NCBI GenBank assembly: GCA_004284765.1
Contig: NQJD01000003.1
Location: 60,001-92,000 of the forward strand
Direction: 5' to 3'
Length of the DNA: 32,000 nucleotides
DNA from: Candidatus Electronema aureum
Lineage (GTDB): Bacteria > Desulfobacterota > Desulfobulbia > Desulfobulbales > Desulfobulbaceae
Shown here: positions 9,109-17,715 of the stretch, in pieces
Position numbering within the stretch: position 1 is the first letter of the stretch
How the letters are laid out: every line of letters starts with the position of its first letter
Notes under the pieces: model-generated
Databases searched by the model: none
What the model saw: the letters and a program-made list of their open reading frames with translations, nothing else
Told to the model about the DNA's origin: nothing
Translations under genes and position numbers: made by a program

Positions 9109-10189
9109 GCGCCCACCTGTAACGCTCTTGGTCTCTACTGAGAAGATCAGCTCGCATAGCTTCTTGTTTAGATTTCTCTAAACGCCGGAAAATGCCCTTT
9201 AGTTCAGAATCAACAGAATCTTTACTGTAACCTCGTTCGACAGCTTTTTCATACCAAGAATGTCCTAAATTGTATTGCCCAGTTTCCATATACACTGCGC
9301 CAAGAAGAGTGCATGGTCGGAAATCTTGAGGCGTGTATTCTTGCGCTTGCTTTCCAAGGCTTAATGCTTCGTCCCACTTCACCAAATCCCGTTTGACTCC
9401 GCCATGCGTTGTGCAAAGTGCTGATTTCAATTTTTGATTCTTTAAACTAGAAACATCAATTGTCTTTAAAATAGTTTCCGCTGTTCTTGCTTCATCGCAC
9501 TTGCGATAATGACCGCTTGCATTAACTGCGCACCACGGATCTTTATTTTTTTCAAATTCTCCGTGGTAAAATTTCGCTTCGTTCTCGTGATATTTTCTTC
9601 TTAGTTCTTCTGTAAAGTAATTGTCGCTGTCATCGTAATAATATTCGTCATTCCCATAACGTTTTTCCGAGAGCCAAACGACCTCTTCATCGGATAAACG
9701 TTCACCTTTATCAGCTCGTCGCAAAATATCCATGAGCTTTGCAAAGTCGTCTTTTTCAATATAGCGAGTTAATCCATATTTTTCCCTTAACTTGGATTGT
9801 CTTTCCTTCGCTCTGTTTCTTTGATCATTATTTATCTTGGCAAAAAGAGCTTTTTCGTCTGATTTTTGTTTAGCAAACAGTGTCTCTTGTTTGGCAAGAA
9901 ACGCCTCTCTTTCTATCTTTTGTCTGGCTTTTTCCGTTGCAGCTACTTCTTCTGCCGTTTTAACTCGTGCAGTTTGTTCTAATTTCGCAATTCTTACAAA
10001 ATCAGCATAGGAGACATCGTTCCGTGCATAACTCAATAGTGCAAAGAAACCTTTCTCTTGCAGAAAACCTTGAGTCATATCAGAAAGTTTTTTATTTAGC
10101 TCCAAATCTTTGAGTATATTGGAGATACGGCTTCCCGGAATTGACGCGCCAATCAAATCGTCAATCCTATACTTACTTGCTAAATCCAT
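9098..10189 (-). CDS. Hypothetical 363-aa protein with a central Lys/Glu-rich coiled coil and a C-terminal TPR/Sel1-like helical repeat
   Basis: Long uninterrupted ORF in a very AT-rich stretch (20/60 G+C at 9601-9660). It has internal LFAKQ-type repeats and a C-terminal ...LLGAVYMETGQYNLGHSWYEKAVERGY. I recognise no catalytic motif. Confidence 0.6.
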   Translation of the reverse strand: MDLASKYRIDDLIGASIPGSRISNILKDLELNKKLSDMTQGFLQEKGFFALLSYARNDVSYADFVRIAKLEQTARVKTAEEVAATEKARQKIEREAFLAKQETLFAKQKSDEKALFAKINNDQRNRAKERQSKLREKYGLTRYIEKDDFAKLMDILRRADKGERLSDEEVVWLSEKRYGNDEYYYDDSDNYFTEELRRKYHENEAKFYHGEFEKNKDPWCAVNASGHYRKCDEARTAETILKTIDVSSLKNQKLKSALCTTHGGVKRDLVKWDEALSLGKQAQEYTPQDFRPCTLLGAVYMETGQYNLGHSWYEKAVERGYSKDSVDSELKGIFRRLEKSKQEAMRADLLSRDQERYRWAHGR

Positions 10190-10262
10190 TGATTTATCAC
10201 CCTCAAACCAATATGCACGGAGGGCGACCGCCTAACTAATAAGCCGCCCCACCTCCTCCGCC

Positions 10263-10865
10263 TTACAACACCACCGACACGCTGTTGCTCGGCACGCCCT
10301 CGCCAGTCCTGTTGACCGCGACGACGCAGAACTCCAACTCCTTGCCGCGCTTCTGATTGTTGAGCGTGGCTTCCGTCTCAATGAATGTGCCGACCGCTGT
10401 CCAGTCCCCTTCGGCCCGTTCGCGCCGCTTGACCGTATAATAGGAGACAATGCCGCCGCTAGCCGGGCGTTTCCAGTCCAAATGCAGCCAACCTGCGCTC
10501 TGCTGCACCGTTTCGAGCAGCCGGGGCTGGCCGGGCACAGCGGGCGGCCCAGGATTTGCCCGCGCTCCCCAGCCGAGAACCGCCAGCTTGGCATCGTTGC
10601 CCTGTGCCGCGTCTTCGGCGTAATGCAGGTTGGTTTTCATGGCCGAAACCAGCCTGTCCTGCGCATCCCGCTTGCCCTCGGTGGCCTGCTGCGCCGCCGC
10701 CTGAGCCGCAACCTGCGCGTCGCTTTGATTGATGAAGGCATCCAGCAGGTTGCGCAGCTCGGACACCGCAATCGGCGGATTGGGAAAATCCGCATTTTCG
10801 GTCAGTCCGGCGATAATGTTCTGGGCCAAGGCTCTGATTTCCGCTTCACGATGGGGAAAATTCAT
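10263..10865 (-). CDS. Cytoplasmic protein with a helical N-terminal half and a C-terminal fibronectin type III domain
   Basis: ORF 10263..10913. The preferred start is the ATG at 10865, preceded by AGGAGG-N8. There is no signal peptide. The C-terminus reads PGQPRLLETVQQSAGWLHLDWKRPASGGIVSYYTVKRRERAEGDWTAVG...EFCVVAVNRTGEGVPSNSVSV, a typical FN3 pattern. Confidence 0.75.
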   Translation of the reverse strand: MNFPHREAEIRALAQNIIAGLTENADFPNPPIAVSELRNLLDAFINQSDAQVAAQAAAQQATEGKRDAQDRLVSAMKTNLHYAEDAAQGNDAKLAVLGWGARANPGPPAVPGQPRLLETVQQSAGWLHLDWKRPASGGIVSYYTVKRRERAEGDWTAVGTFIETEATLNNQKRGKELEFCVVAVNRTGEGVPSNSVSVVL

Positions 10866-10940
10866 GGTGCAAACCTCCTGTGGTTTTTTGGCTGCTTCCG
10901 CCCTGTCGTTCAACCGCGCTCATAGCCCGAAACGGCGGGC

Positions 10941-11193
10941 AAACGCCTCATTCCGAACATGAAACGTCACATTCCGACCCGCGAATGAGCCGCTCCGAAC
11001 TCGAAATGCCTCGTTCCGAACCAAAAATGACCTATGTCGAACCGCAAACACCTTATTGCGAACAACGAATGCCTCACTTGGAACCACACATGCCACGTTC
11101 CGAGTCGCAAATGGCGCATCCCGAACCTCAAACGCCTCGTTCCGAATTCAAAATACCTCATTGCGAACAGCGAATGCGGCGTTTTGAGTCCTG
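10941..11193. repeat. Degenerate tandem repeat, 11 clear units plus 1 decayed unit of 20-22 bp
   Basis: Units start at 10941, 10962, 10984, 11004, 11025, 11046, 11068, 11090, 11110, 11130, 11151 and (degenerate) 11173. Plus-strand consensus is about AAAyGCCTCrTTCCGAACnnn; minus-strand is GTTCGGAAyGAGGCrTTT. Confidence 0.92.
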
Positions 11194-11230
11194 CTGCGGA
11201 CTGAGGGCGGGCACAACGAAGCTCCTGCTG

Positions 11231-11686
11231 TTAACCCAGAACTTCTGCGCTGCTGGCAACTTGCCCTTCATGCGTGTAATACGCAGTCTGCCCCTTTTCA
11301 TTCACTACCCAGACTTCCAATGCGCCTTTTGCCAGATAAAGCTGCACTTTTTCTTCTATCTCGCCTGCGGAGTTGGACGGAGAAGTGATCTCAACGCAAA
11401 TTTCTGGAGCCTTGATGTAGGGCGTGCTGTATCCGTACTTGGCAATGAAGGCATCGGAAGCCCAAGCGACATCAGCAACTTTCACGCCGTCACTCGTCTT
11501 GATCGAGCATTTCATGATAATTTTGCCGCTGCCTTTCTGCCGGTTAATGCGCCTGCCCACCTCATACTGAAGACGGCCATGATTGTTGCTGGCCGGACTC
11601 ATGAGGATTTTTCCCCACTTGTTCAGCTCAATCTTGAACGGAAGATTTTGCAGCAGAGGATTGCTGATGACGTTGGCCCATTCCAT
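11231..11686 (-). CDS. Uma2 (DUF820) family putative endonuclease
   Basis: 151 aa: ...ILMSPASNNHGRLQ...VKVADVAW...APEICVEITSPSNSAGEIEEKVQLYLAKGALEVWVV, the Uma2 pattern. AGGAGG lies 5 nt upstream, and the ATG is only 17 nt after the nuoL stop. Confidence 0.75.
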   Translation of the reverse strand: MEWANVISNPLLQNLPFKIELNKWGKILMSPASNNHGRLQYEVGRRINRQKGSGKIIMKCSIKTSDGVKVADVAWASDAFIAKYGYSTPYIKAPEICVEITSPSNSAGEIEEKVQLYLAKGALEVWVVNEKGQTAYYTHEGQVASSAEVLG

Positions 11687-11703
11687 GACCGCCTCCTGCG
11701 CTC

Positions 11704-13614
11704 TTATCTCCCCATAACCAGCAGGGCAATCAAACCAAGCACCGTTGCGCCGAGATAGAGATGCAGCTGGCCGTTCTGCACCAGCCGCACGCCTTTGCCG
11801 CCGACTTGCAGCAGCCAGCCGCAGAGGTTCATTGTGCCGTCCACAACATTGCGGTCAAACCATTTGATCGGCGCGGCGACACAATTGAAGATGATCTTGT
11901 GGGTGATGAAGAGATACAGCTCGTCAATATAGAATTTGTTCTGCACCACGGTGTGGATTGGGCCAAATGCCTTTTGCAACGCGGTGGCCTTCTCCGTCTT
12001 GCCTTCGCCATAGAGCAGCCACGCGGTGCCAATGCCGGTCAGCGCGGCCAGCGTCGCCAGCCACGGCAGCCAAGCCGGATGCGCGAAATGACCTGCCTCG
12101 CCGAGATGCGGCGGCAGCACTTGCGCGACAAAGGAATGCTCCAGCAGACCGGCGAAGATGGTCGGCACAGTCAGGGCGACTATCGGCCAGGTCATCCACG
12201 GGTCTTCATGGACATGGTGCAGGTGCGAGCGGGCCTCGCCGTGAAAAATCAGGAAGAAGAAGCGGAACATGTAGAACGCGGTCAGGCCGCCGGTGATCAG
12301 GCCGACCAAGAAGGTGACGGTGTGGCCCGACTGCAAGGCGGCGAGCAGGATTGCGTCTTTCGACCAGAAGCCGCTCAAGGGAAACACGCCCGCAATGGCA
12401 AGACAGGCGGCCAGCAGCGACCAGTAGGTTTTCGGCATGAGCTGCTTCAGGCCGCCCATCTTGAGAATGTCATTGCTATGCACGGCATGAATCACCGCAC
12501 CTGCGCCAAGAAAGAGCATACATTTAAAGAAGGCGTGGGTGAAGACATGGTACATTGCCGCTGAATAGCCGAGCGGATTGACATCTGCGCCATGATGGCC
12601 GCTTTCCGTGCAAATCTTGGCCGCGCCGAGCGAGAAAATCATGTAGCCAAGCTGCGAGAGCGTGGAAAAAGCGAGGATGCGCTTGATGTCCATCTGGGTG
12701 ATGGCGATGACCGCCGCAAACAAGGCCGTGAACGCGCCGACGCACTGGATGACAAAAAGGGTCGTTTCAGCGGCGGCGAAAAGCGGGAACATCCGGGCGG
12801 TCAAATACACGCCGGCCACAACCATTGTCGCGGAATGGATGATCGAAGAAACCGGGGTCGGACCTTCCATCGCGTCCGGCAGCCAGATATGGAGCGGGAA
12901 CATCGCCGACTTGCCCCAGCCGCCGCAGAAAATCAGCAAGGTGCCGAGCGTGAGCACGCCAGCGTCCTTGAGCAGCAGGGCGGTGGACGGGCTGTTCAAT
13001 TCTTGGAAGCTGAAGGTCTGGCTGTAAAAGCTGACCAAAAGAATGCCCAGCAGGAAGAAGGCATCAGCAAAGCGGGTGATGATGAAGGCTTTTTTTGAGG
13101 CGGCCACTGCTGAGGGCTTTTCGTACCAGAAGCCGATCAGCGAATACGAGGACACGCCAACCAGTTCCCAGAAGACAAACATCTGGAAAATGTTGCCAGA
13201 CGTGACCAAGCCGAGCATCGAAAAGGTGAACAGGGCAAGCAGGGCGAAGAAGCGGTTGAAGGAGCGGTCGCCCTTCATGTAGCCGACCGAGTAAATGTTC
13301 ACCAGCAGGGAAATCACCGTGACCACCACCAGCATCATCACCGAAATTGGGTCAAGATACATGCCCAAGTTGGCGGTCAGGCCGGGCGCGAAGTTGAGCC
13401 AAGCGGCATCGTAGGCCAGCACGGTGTGCTTCGGCTGGGACAGATAGGCCAGCACTGTCAGCAGGGCATAGCCGAGCGACAAACTGGACATCGTAATGGC
13501 AAATTTGGCGACAAATTTGTTGTCCGAATTGATATGCCCCAGCCCGATGATTGCAAAGCTGAACAGCGGAAAGAGCAGTATCAGGTAGCTGTGGAAAAAG
13601 ATGAAATCAGCCAT
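11704..13614 (-). CDS. nuoL: NADH-quinone oxidoreductase subunit L
   Basis: ORF 11704..13743. The likely start is the ATG at 13614 (MADFIFFHSYLILLFPL), with GGAGG 6 nt upstream and an 8-nt overlap with nuoK. Antiporter-like with a long C-terminal extension. Confidence 0.92.
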   Translation of the reverse strand: MADFIFFHSYLILLFPLFSFAIIGLGHINSDNKFVAKFAITMSSLSLGYALLTVLAYLSQPKHTVLAYDAAWLNFAPGLTANLGMYLDPISVMMLVVVTVISLLVNIYSVGYMKGDRSFNRFFALLALFTFSMLGLVTSGNIFQMFVFWELVGVSSYSLIGFWYEKPSAVAASKKAFIITRFADAFFLLGILLVSFYSQTFSFQELNSPSTALLLKDAGVLTLGTLLIFCGGWGKSAMFPLHIWLPDAMEGPTPVSSIIHSATMVVAGVYLTARMFPLFAAAETTLFVIQCVGAFTALFAAVIAITQMDIKRILAFSTLSQLGYMIFSLGAAKICTESGHHGADVNPLGYSAAMYHVFTHAFFKCMLFLGAGAVIHAVHSNDILKMGGLKQLMPKTYWSLLAACLAIAGVFPLSGFWSKDAILLAALQSGHTVTFLVGLITGGLTAFYMFRFFFLIFHGEARSHLHHVHEDPWMTWPIVALTVPTIFAGLLEHSFVAQVLPPHLGEAGHFAHPAWLPWLATLAALTGIGTAWLLYGEGKTEKATALQKAFGPIHTVVQNKFYIDELYLFITHKIIFNCVAAPIKWFDRNVVDGTMNLCGWLLQVGGKGVRLVQNGQLHLYLGATVLGLIALLVMGR

Positions 13615-13912
13615 GAAGTTCCTCCATCCGGTAAACATCGAGCCGTTTCTTGCGGCGGTACATGGAAATGATGATGGCCAAGGCCACAGCGATTTCGCAG
13701 GCGGAAACAGCCATGACAAAGATAGGGAAGACCGCTCCGGCAACCGGATCAGCGGCCCGGAAATGGGCGAAAGCGGCGAAATTGATGTTCGCTCCGTTGA
13801 GGATTATTTCAACGGAGAGCAGAATGCCGAGCAGGTTGCGCCGGGTCAGCATCCCGAAGATGCCGATGGCACAGAGGATCAGCGACAGGGCGACGCAGTT
13901 GGTCAATGTCAT
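13607..13912 (-). CDS. nuoK: NADH-quinone oxidoreductase subunit K
   Basis: 101-aa 3-TM ORF (LSVEIILNGANINFAAF...ACEIAVALAIII) in the expected position. Confidence 0.92.
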   Translation of the reverse strand: MTLTNCVALSLILCAIGIFGMLTRRNLLGILLSVEIILNGANINFAAFAHFRAADPVAGAVFPIFVMAVSACEIAVALAIIISMYRRKKRLDVYRMEELHG

Positions 13913-14445
13913 GGTTTTTCCTTTTCCTCCGTCTTGTTCTCCCGGCGGGACAGCACCACCGCGCCGATCAGGGCCGCGAGCAGCAGGAGCGAGATCACCT
14001 CGAACGGCACGATGAAACCGTTGCTGGTCGAGAGCAGGCGGATGCCGATTTCGTCAATGCTCACCGGCGCGGCTTGGCGTGTCGCATCGTGCAACAGCTT
14101 CGAGGGATTGCTGGTGAAGAAAATGCAGAGCGCGGCAATCAAACCGGCGATGATCACGCCCTTGCCAGCCTGACGGCCCGCGCTAACCCGGCTTAGGCTG
14201 TTGTCCACGCCAAGGTCGTTGGTCAGGAGGATGATGATGAGCATGAAGACGACGATGCCGCCAACGTATAAGGCGATCTGCGCCAAGGCGAGGAATTCCA
14301 TTTGCAGCATGATGTAGATCGCAGCGGTGGCGAAGAAGGAGCCGACCAGCGCAATGGCACCATGCAGAAGGTTGGGCAGCGTCACTGCCAGCAGTGAGAG
14401 CAAAGCCACCGCCGAGGCAATGACATAGAAAAGGAAATCGTTCAT
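13909..14445 (-). CDS. nuoJ: NADH-quinone oxidoreductase subunit J
   Basis: 178-aa membrane ORF with a 4-nt overlap with nuoK, in the expected position. Confidence 0.88.
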   Translation of the reverse strand: MNDFLFYVIASAVALLSLLAVTLPNLLHGAIALVGSFFATAAIYIMLQMEFLALAQIALYVGGIVVFMLIIILLTNDLGVDNSLSRVSAGRQAGKGVIIAGLIAALCIFFTSNPSKLLHDATRQAAPVSIDEIGIRLLSTSNGFIVPFEVISLLLLAALIGAVVLSRRENKTEEKEKP

Positions 14446-14939
14446 CAGCAGGCTCCCTGAGAGGTGTTTTCCGGTTTATTGAGCACCCATGTCAGCTCAT
14501 TGCGGTCATACACAGCCAGCTCGAAATTTTTTCCCAGCGTGATCGCGCCGAACGGGCAGGCTTCCACGCAAAGGCCGCAGAAAGTGCATTGCGACAGCCG
14601 GTAGATGTATTTGCCCAGCACCTTTTTCCCGGCAAGGTCTTTGGTCGCCAGCACAGAGATCGTGCCGTTGGGACAGGCTTTCTCGCAGATGCCGCAGGCT
14701 GTGCAGGCATTCCTGCCGTTTTCGTCGTGCGGCATGTGCAGATGGCCGCGAAAACGGTCGAACATCTTCAGCGTCTCGCGGTTCTCCGGATATTCCTGTG
14801 TGATGGCGGACTTGGGATTGAAGAAATACTTGATGGTGATGTCCATCCCCTTCGTCAGAGTGTAAAATCCGCTGACCGTCTTGTGGACATAGCGGCTGAC
14901 GAATTCCAGCACATTCTCTTTGGTCGCTGTTGCTTTCAT
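14445..14939 (-). CDS. nuoI: NADH-quinone oxidoreductase subunit I (2x[4Fe-4S] ferredoxin-type)
   Basis: Two Cys clusters, CTACGICEKACP and CTFCGLCVEACP. Confidence 0.92.
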   Translation of the reverse strand: MKATATKENVLEFVSRYVHKTVSGFYTLTKGMDITIKYFFNPKSAITQEYPENRETLKMFDRFRGHLHMPHDENGRNACTACGICEKACPNGTISVLATKDLAGKKVLGKYIYRLSQCTFCGLCVEACPFGAITLGKNFELAVYDRNELTWVLNKPENTSQGAC

Positions 14940-14984
14940 GGGACTCTGTTATGATATGGAGACGGTTTGCCCCAACGTGTGGAA

Positions 14985-16079
14985 TCAGCCCACCCAGCCC
15001 TGCGCCACGAACAGCCCGGAGAGCATGAGCAGAATCAGGCTGGCGGGCAGCATGATCCGCCATTCCAAATACATGAGCTGGTCAACCCGGACTCTGGGGA
15101 AAGTCCAGCGGAACCACATATACAGAAAGACTATCAGGAACGCCTTGGCGAAGAACCAGAGGAAGCCTGGAATCAGTTTCAGCAATGGATCAAGCAGCGG
15201 CAGACCGAGAAGCGGAGCATGAAAGCCGCCAAGGAAAAAGGTGGTGACTAAACAGGCCGCCACGAACATGTTGACGAATTCGCCCAAGAAAAACATGGCA
15301 AAGCTGATGCCGGAATATTCGGTGGCGAAACCGCCGGTCAGCTCGGATTCCGCTTCAGCGATGTCAAACGGAGTTCGGTTCAGCTCGGCGGTTGAGGCGA
15401 CCAAGTACATGATGAAGGCCAAGATGCCGAGGAAGGGCAGCTTGAAAATCCACCAGTCAAAAATCGTGCCCTCTTGAGCCAAGACGATGCCGCGCAGCGA
15501 GGCGGTGCCTGAAAGCATGACCACCAGCAGCATGAGCAGGGCGATGGAAATCTCAAAGGAAACCATCTGCGCGCCGGAGCGCATTGCGCCAAGCAGCGAG
15601 TATTTATTGTTGGATGCCCAGCCTGCAAGGAGAATGCCGAGGATGCTCAGACCGGAAACGCCGAGGACGTAGAGCACGCCGCCAGCCGGGTCCGCGACTT
15701 GCAGATGATGGTCAAAGGGAATCACCGCCAAAACCAGAAAGGCTGCGCTGACCGGCAGCAGCGGGGCGAGGAAGAATATGAAGGTGTCCGCGCCTGCCGG
15801 TTTGATGATTTCCTTGAAAATGGCCTTGATGCCGTCAGCCAAGGGTTGAAGCAGGCCATGCGGCCCCACCCGCATCGGCCCGAAGCGGAGCTGGAAATGG
15901 GCGGAAACCTTGCGTTCCAAAAAGATCAGCACCGCGCCCAAAGAGCCGACCAAGGCCATCAGACTGAGCAGCGCGAGCAGCCCGTTGATGACGGCGGCGG
16001 CAGGTTGCGGGAAAATGCTGCGGACGATATCGCCGATGAAATTGTTCACCGGATAAAGCTCTACGGAAGAAGGCATCAT
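14985..16079 (-). CDS. nuoH: NADH-quinone oxidoreductase subunit H
   Basis: 364 aa: ...IFLERKVSAHFQLRFGPMRVGPHGLLQPLADGIK..., the NuoH/ND1 signature. Confidence 0.93.
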   Translation of the reverse strand: MMPSSVELYPVNNFIGDIVRSIFPQPAAAVINGLLALLSLMALVGSLGAVLIFLERKVSAHFQLRFGPMRVGPHGLLQPLADGIKAIFKEIIKPAGADTFIFFLAPLLPVSAAFLVLAVIPFDHHLQVADPAGGVLYVLGVSGLSILGILLAGWASNNKYSLLGAMRSGAQMVSFEISIALLMLLVVMLSGTASLRGIVLAQEGTIFDWWIFKLPFLGILAFIMYLVASTAELNRTPFDIAEAESELTGGFATEYSGISFAMFFLGEFVNMFVAACLVTTFFLGGFHAPLLGLPLLDPLLKLIPGFLWFFAKAFLIVFLYMWFRWTFPRVRVDQLMYLEWRIMLPASLILLMLSGLFVAQGWVG

Positions 16080-16098
16080 GGCGTGTCACCTGTGTTTT

Positions 16099-17274
16099 CT
16101 AACGGTCAATGTCCGGGATGACCAAGTCGAGCGTGGACATAATGGTGATCAAGTCGGCCACCTTGTGTCCGGCGGCGAGTTCATTCAGCACGTTCAGGTT
16201 GGAGAAGTTGGGCGAGCGGTACTTGAGCCGGTAGGGCTTGATGCCGCCGTCAGAGACAATGTACACGCCAAGCAAGCCGCGCGGGGTCTCTACTTGGCTG
16301 TAATAGCTGCCCTTCGGCAATTTGTAGTTCTGCTGCGGCTGGCTGCGGTGCGGGCCGCCGGGGAAACGGGCTGCGGCCTGCTTCAAAATCCGCAGTGACT
16401 GCTCCATCTCCTCCATCCGCACTTGGCAGCGGTCGTAGCTGTCGCCGGTGTTGCCGAGCGGCACATCAAAATCAAACTGATCGTAAATCGAATAGGGATC
16501 GTGCTTGCGGACATCATAGCTGATGCCGGAACCGCGCAGCACTGCGCCGGTGCAGCCGTAGGACAGGGCTTTTTCCGGCGAGAGGATGCCGATTCCTTTT
16601 GTCCGCTCCAAGAAGATGATATTCTTGTTGAGCAAATTGCTGTACTCGTCCAGCACCTTAGGCATGATCTTGAGTAGATGCTTGACTCTGGGCATGAAGG
16701 TGTCCGGCACATCGATTGAAGAGCCGCCAGGCCGGAAATAATTCACGGTCAGACGTGCGCCGCAGAGTTCTTCGAAGATGTCGTTGATCAGCTCACGCTC
16801 ACGGAAACCGTAAAAAAAGGTGGTGAAGGCACCCATGTCCATGCCGAGCACGCCCCACCAGAGCAGATGCGACTGAAGCCGTTGCAGCTCGCAGATCATC
16901 AGCCGGATATATTCGCCGCGCTCCGGCACGCCGATGCCCAAGGCCTGCTCTACCGCCATGCAGAGGCAGAGGTTATTGGAGAAGGCGGAGAGATAGTCGA
17001 GACGGTCGGAAAGATGGATGTTCTGGACGTAGGTCTGATTTTCCGCCATCTTTTCGATGCTGCGGTGGATGTAGCCGAGATGCGGCACCACTTCCACCAC
17101 CGTCTCGCCGTTGAGCCGCACCACCACGCGCAGCACGCCGTGGGTGCTGGGATGCTGCGGCCCGATGTTGACGAAGAACTCCTCGGCCTCTTCGTCGTCC
17201 GGCGGCGGCAGTCTGAAGCCTTCCGGCAGCGTGTTTCCGTCAAGATTGTATTCGCTGAATGATTCTGTGATCAT
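16099..17274 (-). CDS. nuoD: NADH-quinone oxidoreductase subunit D (49-kDa)
   Basis: 391 aa: NIGPQHPSTHGVLRVVVRLNGE..., ending ...DLVIPDIDR. Not fused to NuoC. Confidence 0.93.
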   Translation of the reverse strand: MITESFSEYNLDGNTLPEGFRLPPPDDEEAEEFFVNIGPQHPSTHGVLRVVVRLNGETVVEVVPHLGYIHRSIEKMAENQTYVQNIHLSDRLDYLSAFSNNLCLCMAVEQALGIGVPERGEYIRLMICELQRLQSHLLWWGVLGMDMGAFTTFFYGFRERELINDIFEELCGARLTVNYFRPGGSSIDVPDTFMPRVKHLLKIMPKVLDEYSNLLNKNIIFLERTKGIGILSPEKALSYGCTGAVLRGSGISYDVRKHDPYSIYDQFDFDVPLGNTGDSYDRCQVRMEEMEQSLRILKQAAARFPGGPHRSQPQQNYKLPKGSYYSQVETPRGLLGVYIVSDGGIKPYRLKYRSPNFSNLNVLNELAAGHKVADLITIMSTLDLVIPDIDR

Positions 17275-17287
17275 TTCCTTCCCGTTC

Positions 17288-17704
17288 TTAATTGTCCAGC
17301 ACTTTGCCTCGCAGCAGCTTGACTCTGCTCTGCCGCAGCTTGCTTTCCAAGCGTCTTTTTTCTGATGCTTGAGTCGCCTTCGTCGGTTTTCTCACCTTCT
17401 GCACAGCCAGCACTTTTTTGATCAAGTCCCGCAGCCGCTCCAGCGCATCCTGCCGATTCTGCTCTTGGGTGCGGTGCTGCTGGGCTTTGATGATGATCAC
17501 GCCGTCTTTGCTTATCCGCGCATCATTAAGGAACTGCAAACGCTGCTTGCAGATGTCCGGCAGCGAGGAGGCGTTGATGTCAAAACGAAGATGAATCGCC
17601 GAAGCAACTTTGTTCACATTCTGCCCGCCAGCTCCCTGCGCCCGGATGGCCAGCAGCTCAATCTCATGATTGGGAATGGAGATGTTGCGGGAGATGTGGA
17701 GCAT
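17288..17704 (-). CDS. arfB: Alternative ribosome-rescue factor ArfB (peptidyl-tRNA hydrolase, GGQ family)
   Basis: 138 aa: RAQGAGGQNVNKVASAIHLRFD with a basic C-terminal tail. The stop lies 13 nt before the nuoD ATG. Confidence 0.85.
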   Translation of the reverse strand: MLHISRNISIPNHEIELLAIRAQGAGGQNVNKVASAIHLRFDINASSLPDICKQRLQFLNDARISKDGVIIIKAQQHRTQEQNRQDALERLRDLIKKVLAVQKVRKPTKATQASEKRRLESKLRQSRVKLLRGKVLDN

Positions 17705-17715
17705 ATTTTATTTTT

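Noticed and set aside
10967-11161. 64-aa minus-strand ORF encoding FG(T/M)RH(F/L)E heptads inside the tandem repeat
   Set aside because: It has no RBS and an implausible composition. The repeat continues past its stop codon in the same frame, so the open frame is best explained by the 21-bp (7-codon) periodicity. It is kept only as a minor alternative in the repeat finding.
10941-11193. Possibility that the 21-bp array is a CRISPR or other repeat-spacer (guide) array
   Set aside because: The units abut directly and divergence is spread over the whole unit, so there is no conserved-repeat / variable-spacer alternation. No cas-like or other nuclease-effector genes accompany it apart from Uma2.
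10880-11758. 292-aa plus-strand ORF spanning the tandem repeat and the Uma2 gene
   Set aside because: The first half is simply the 21-bp repeat read as heptads and the second half is antisense to a convincing Uma2 gene. It has no RBS.
13615-13743. N-terminal extensions implied by the longest ORFs: nuoL 13615-13743, porin 25715-25885, queH 24528-24584, M48 20205-20315, OMP 31739-31789, CZB 30191-30241
   Set aside because: In each case an internal ATG with a good RBS yields the expected N-terminus (signal peptide or conserved family start). The extension overlaps an upstream gene, a hairpin or intergenic sequence.
14506-15063. 185-aa minus ORF overlapping nuoI, and 10232-10594 overlapping the FN3 gene
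   Set aside because: These are alternative frames of well-supported genes, with Arg/His/Gly-rich translations and no family features.
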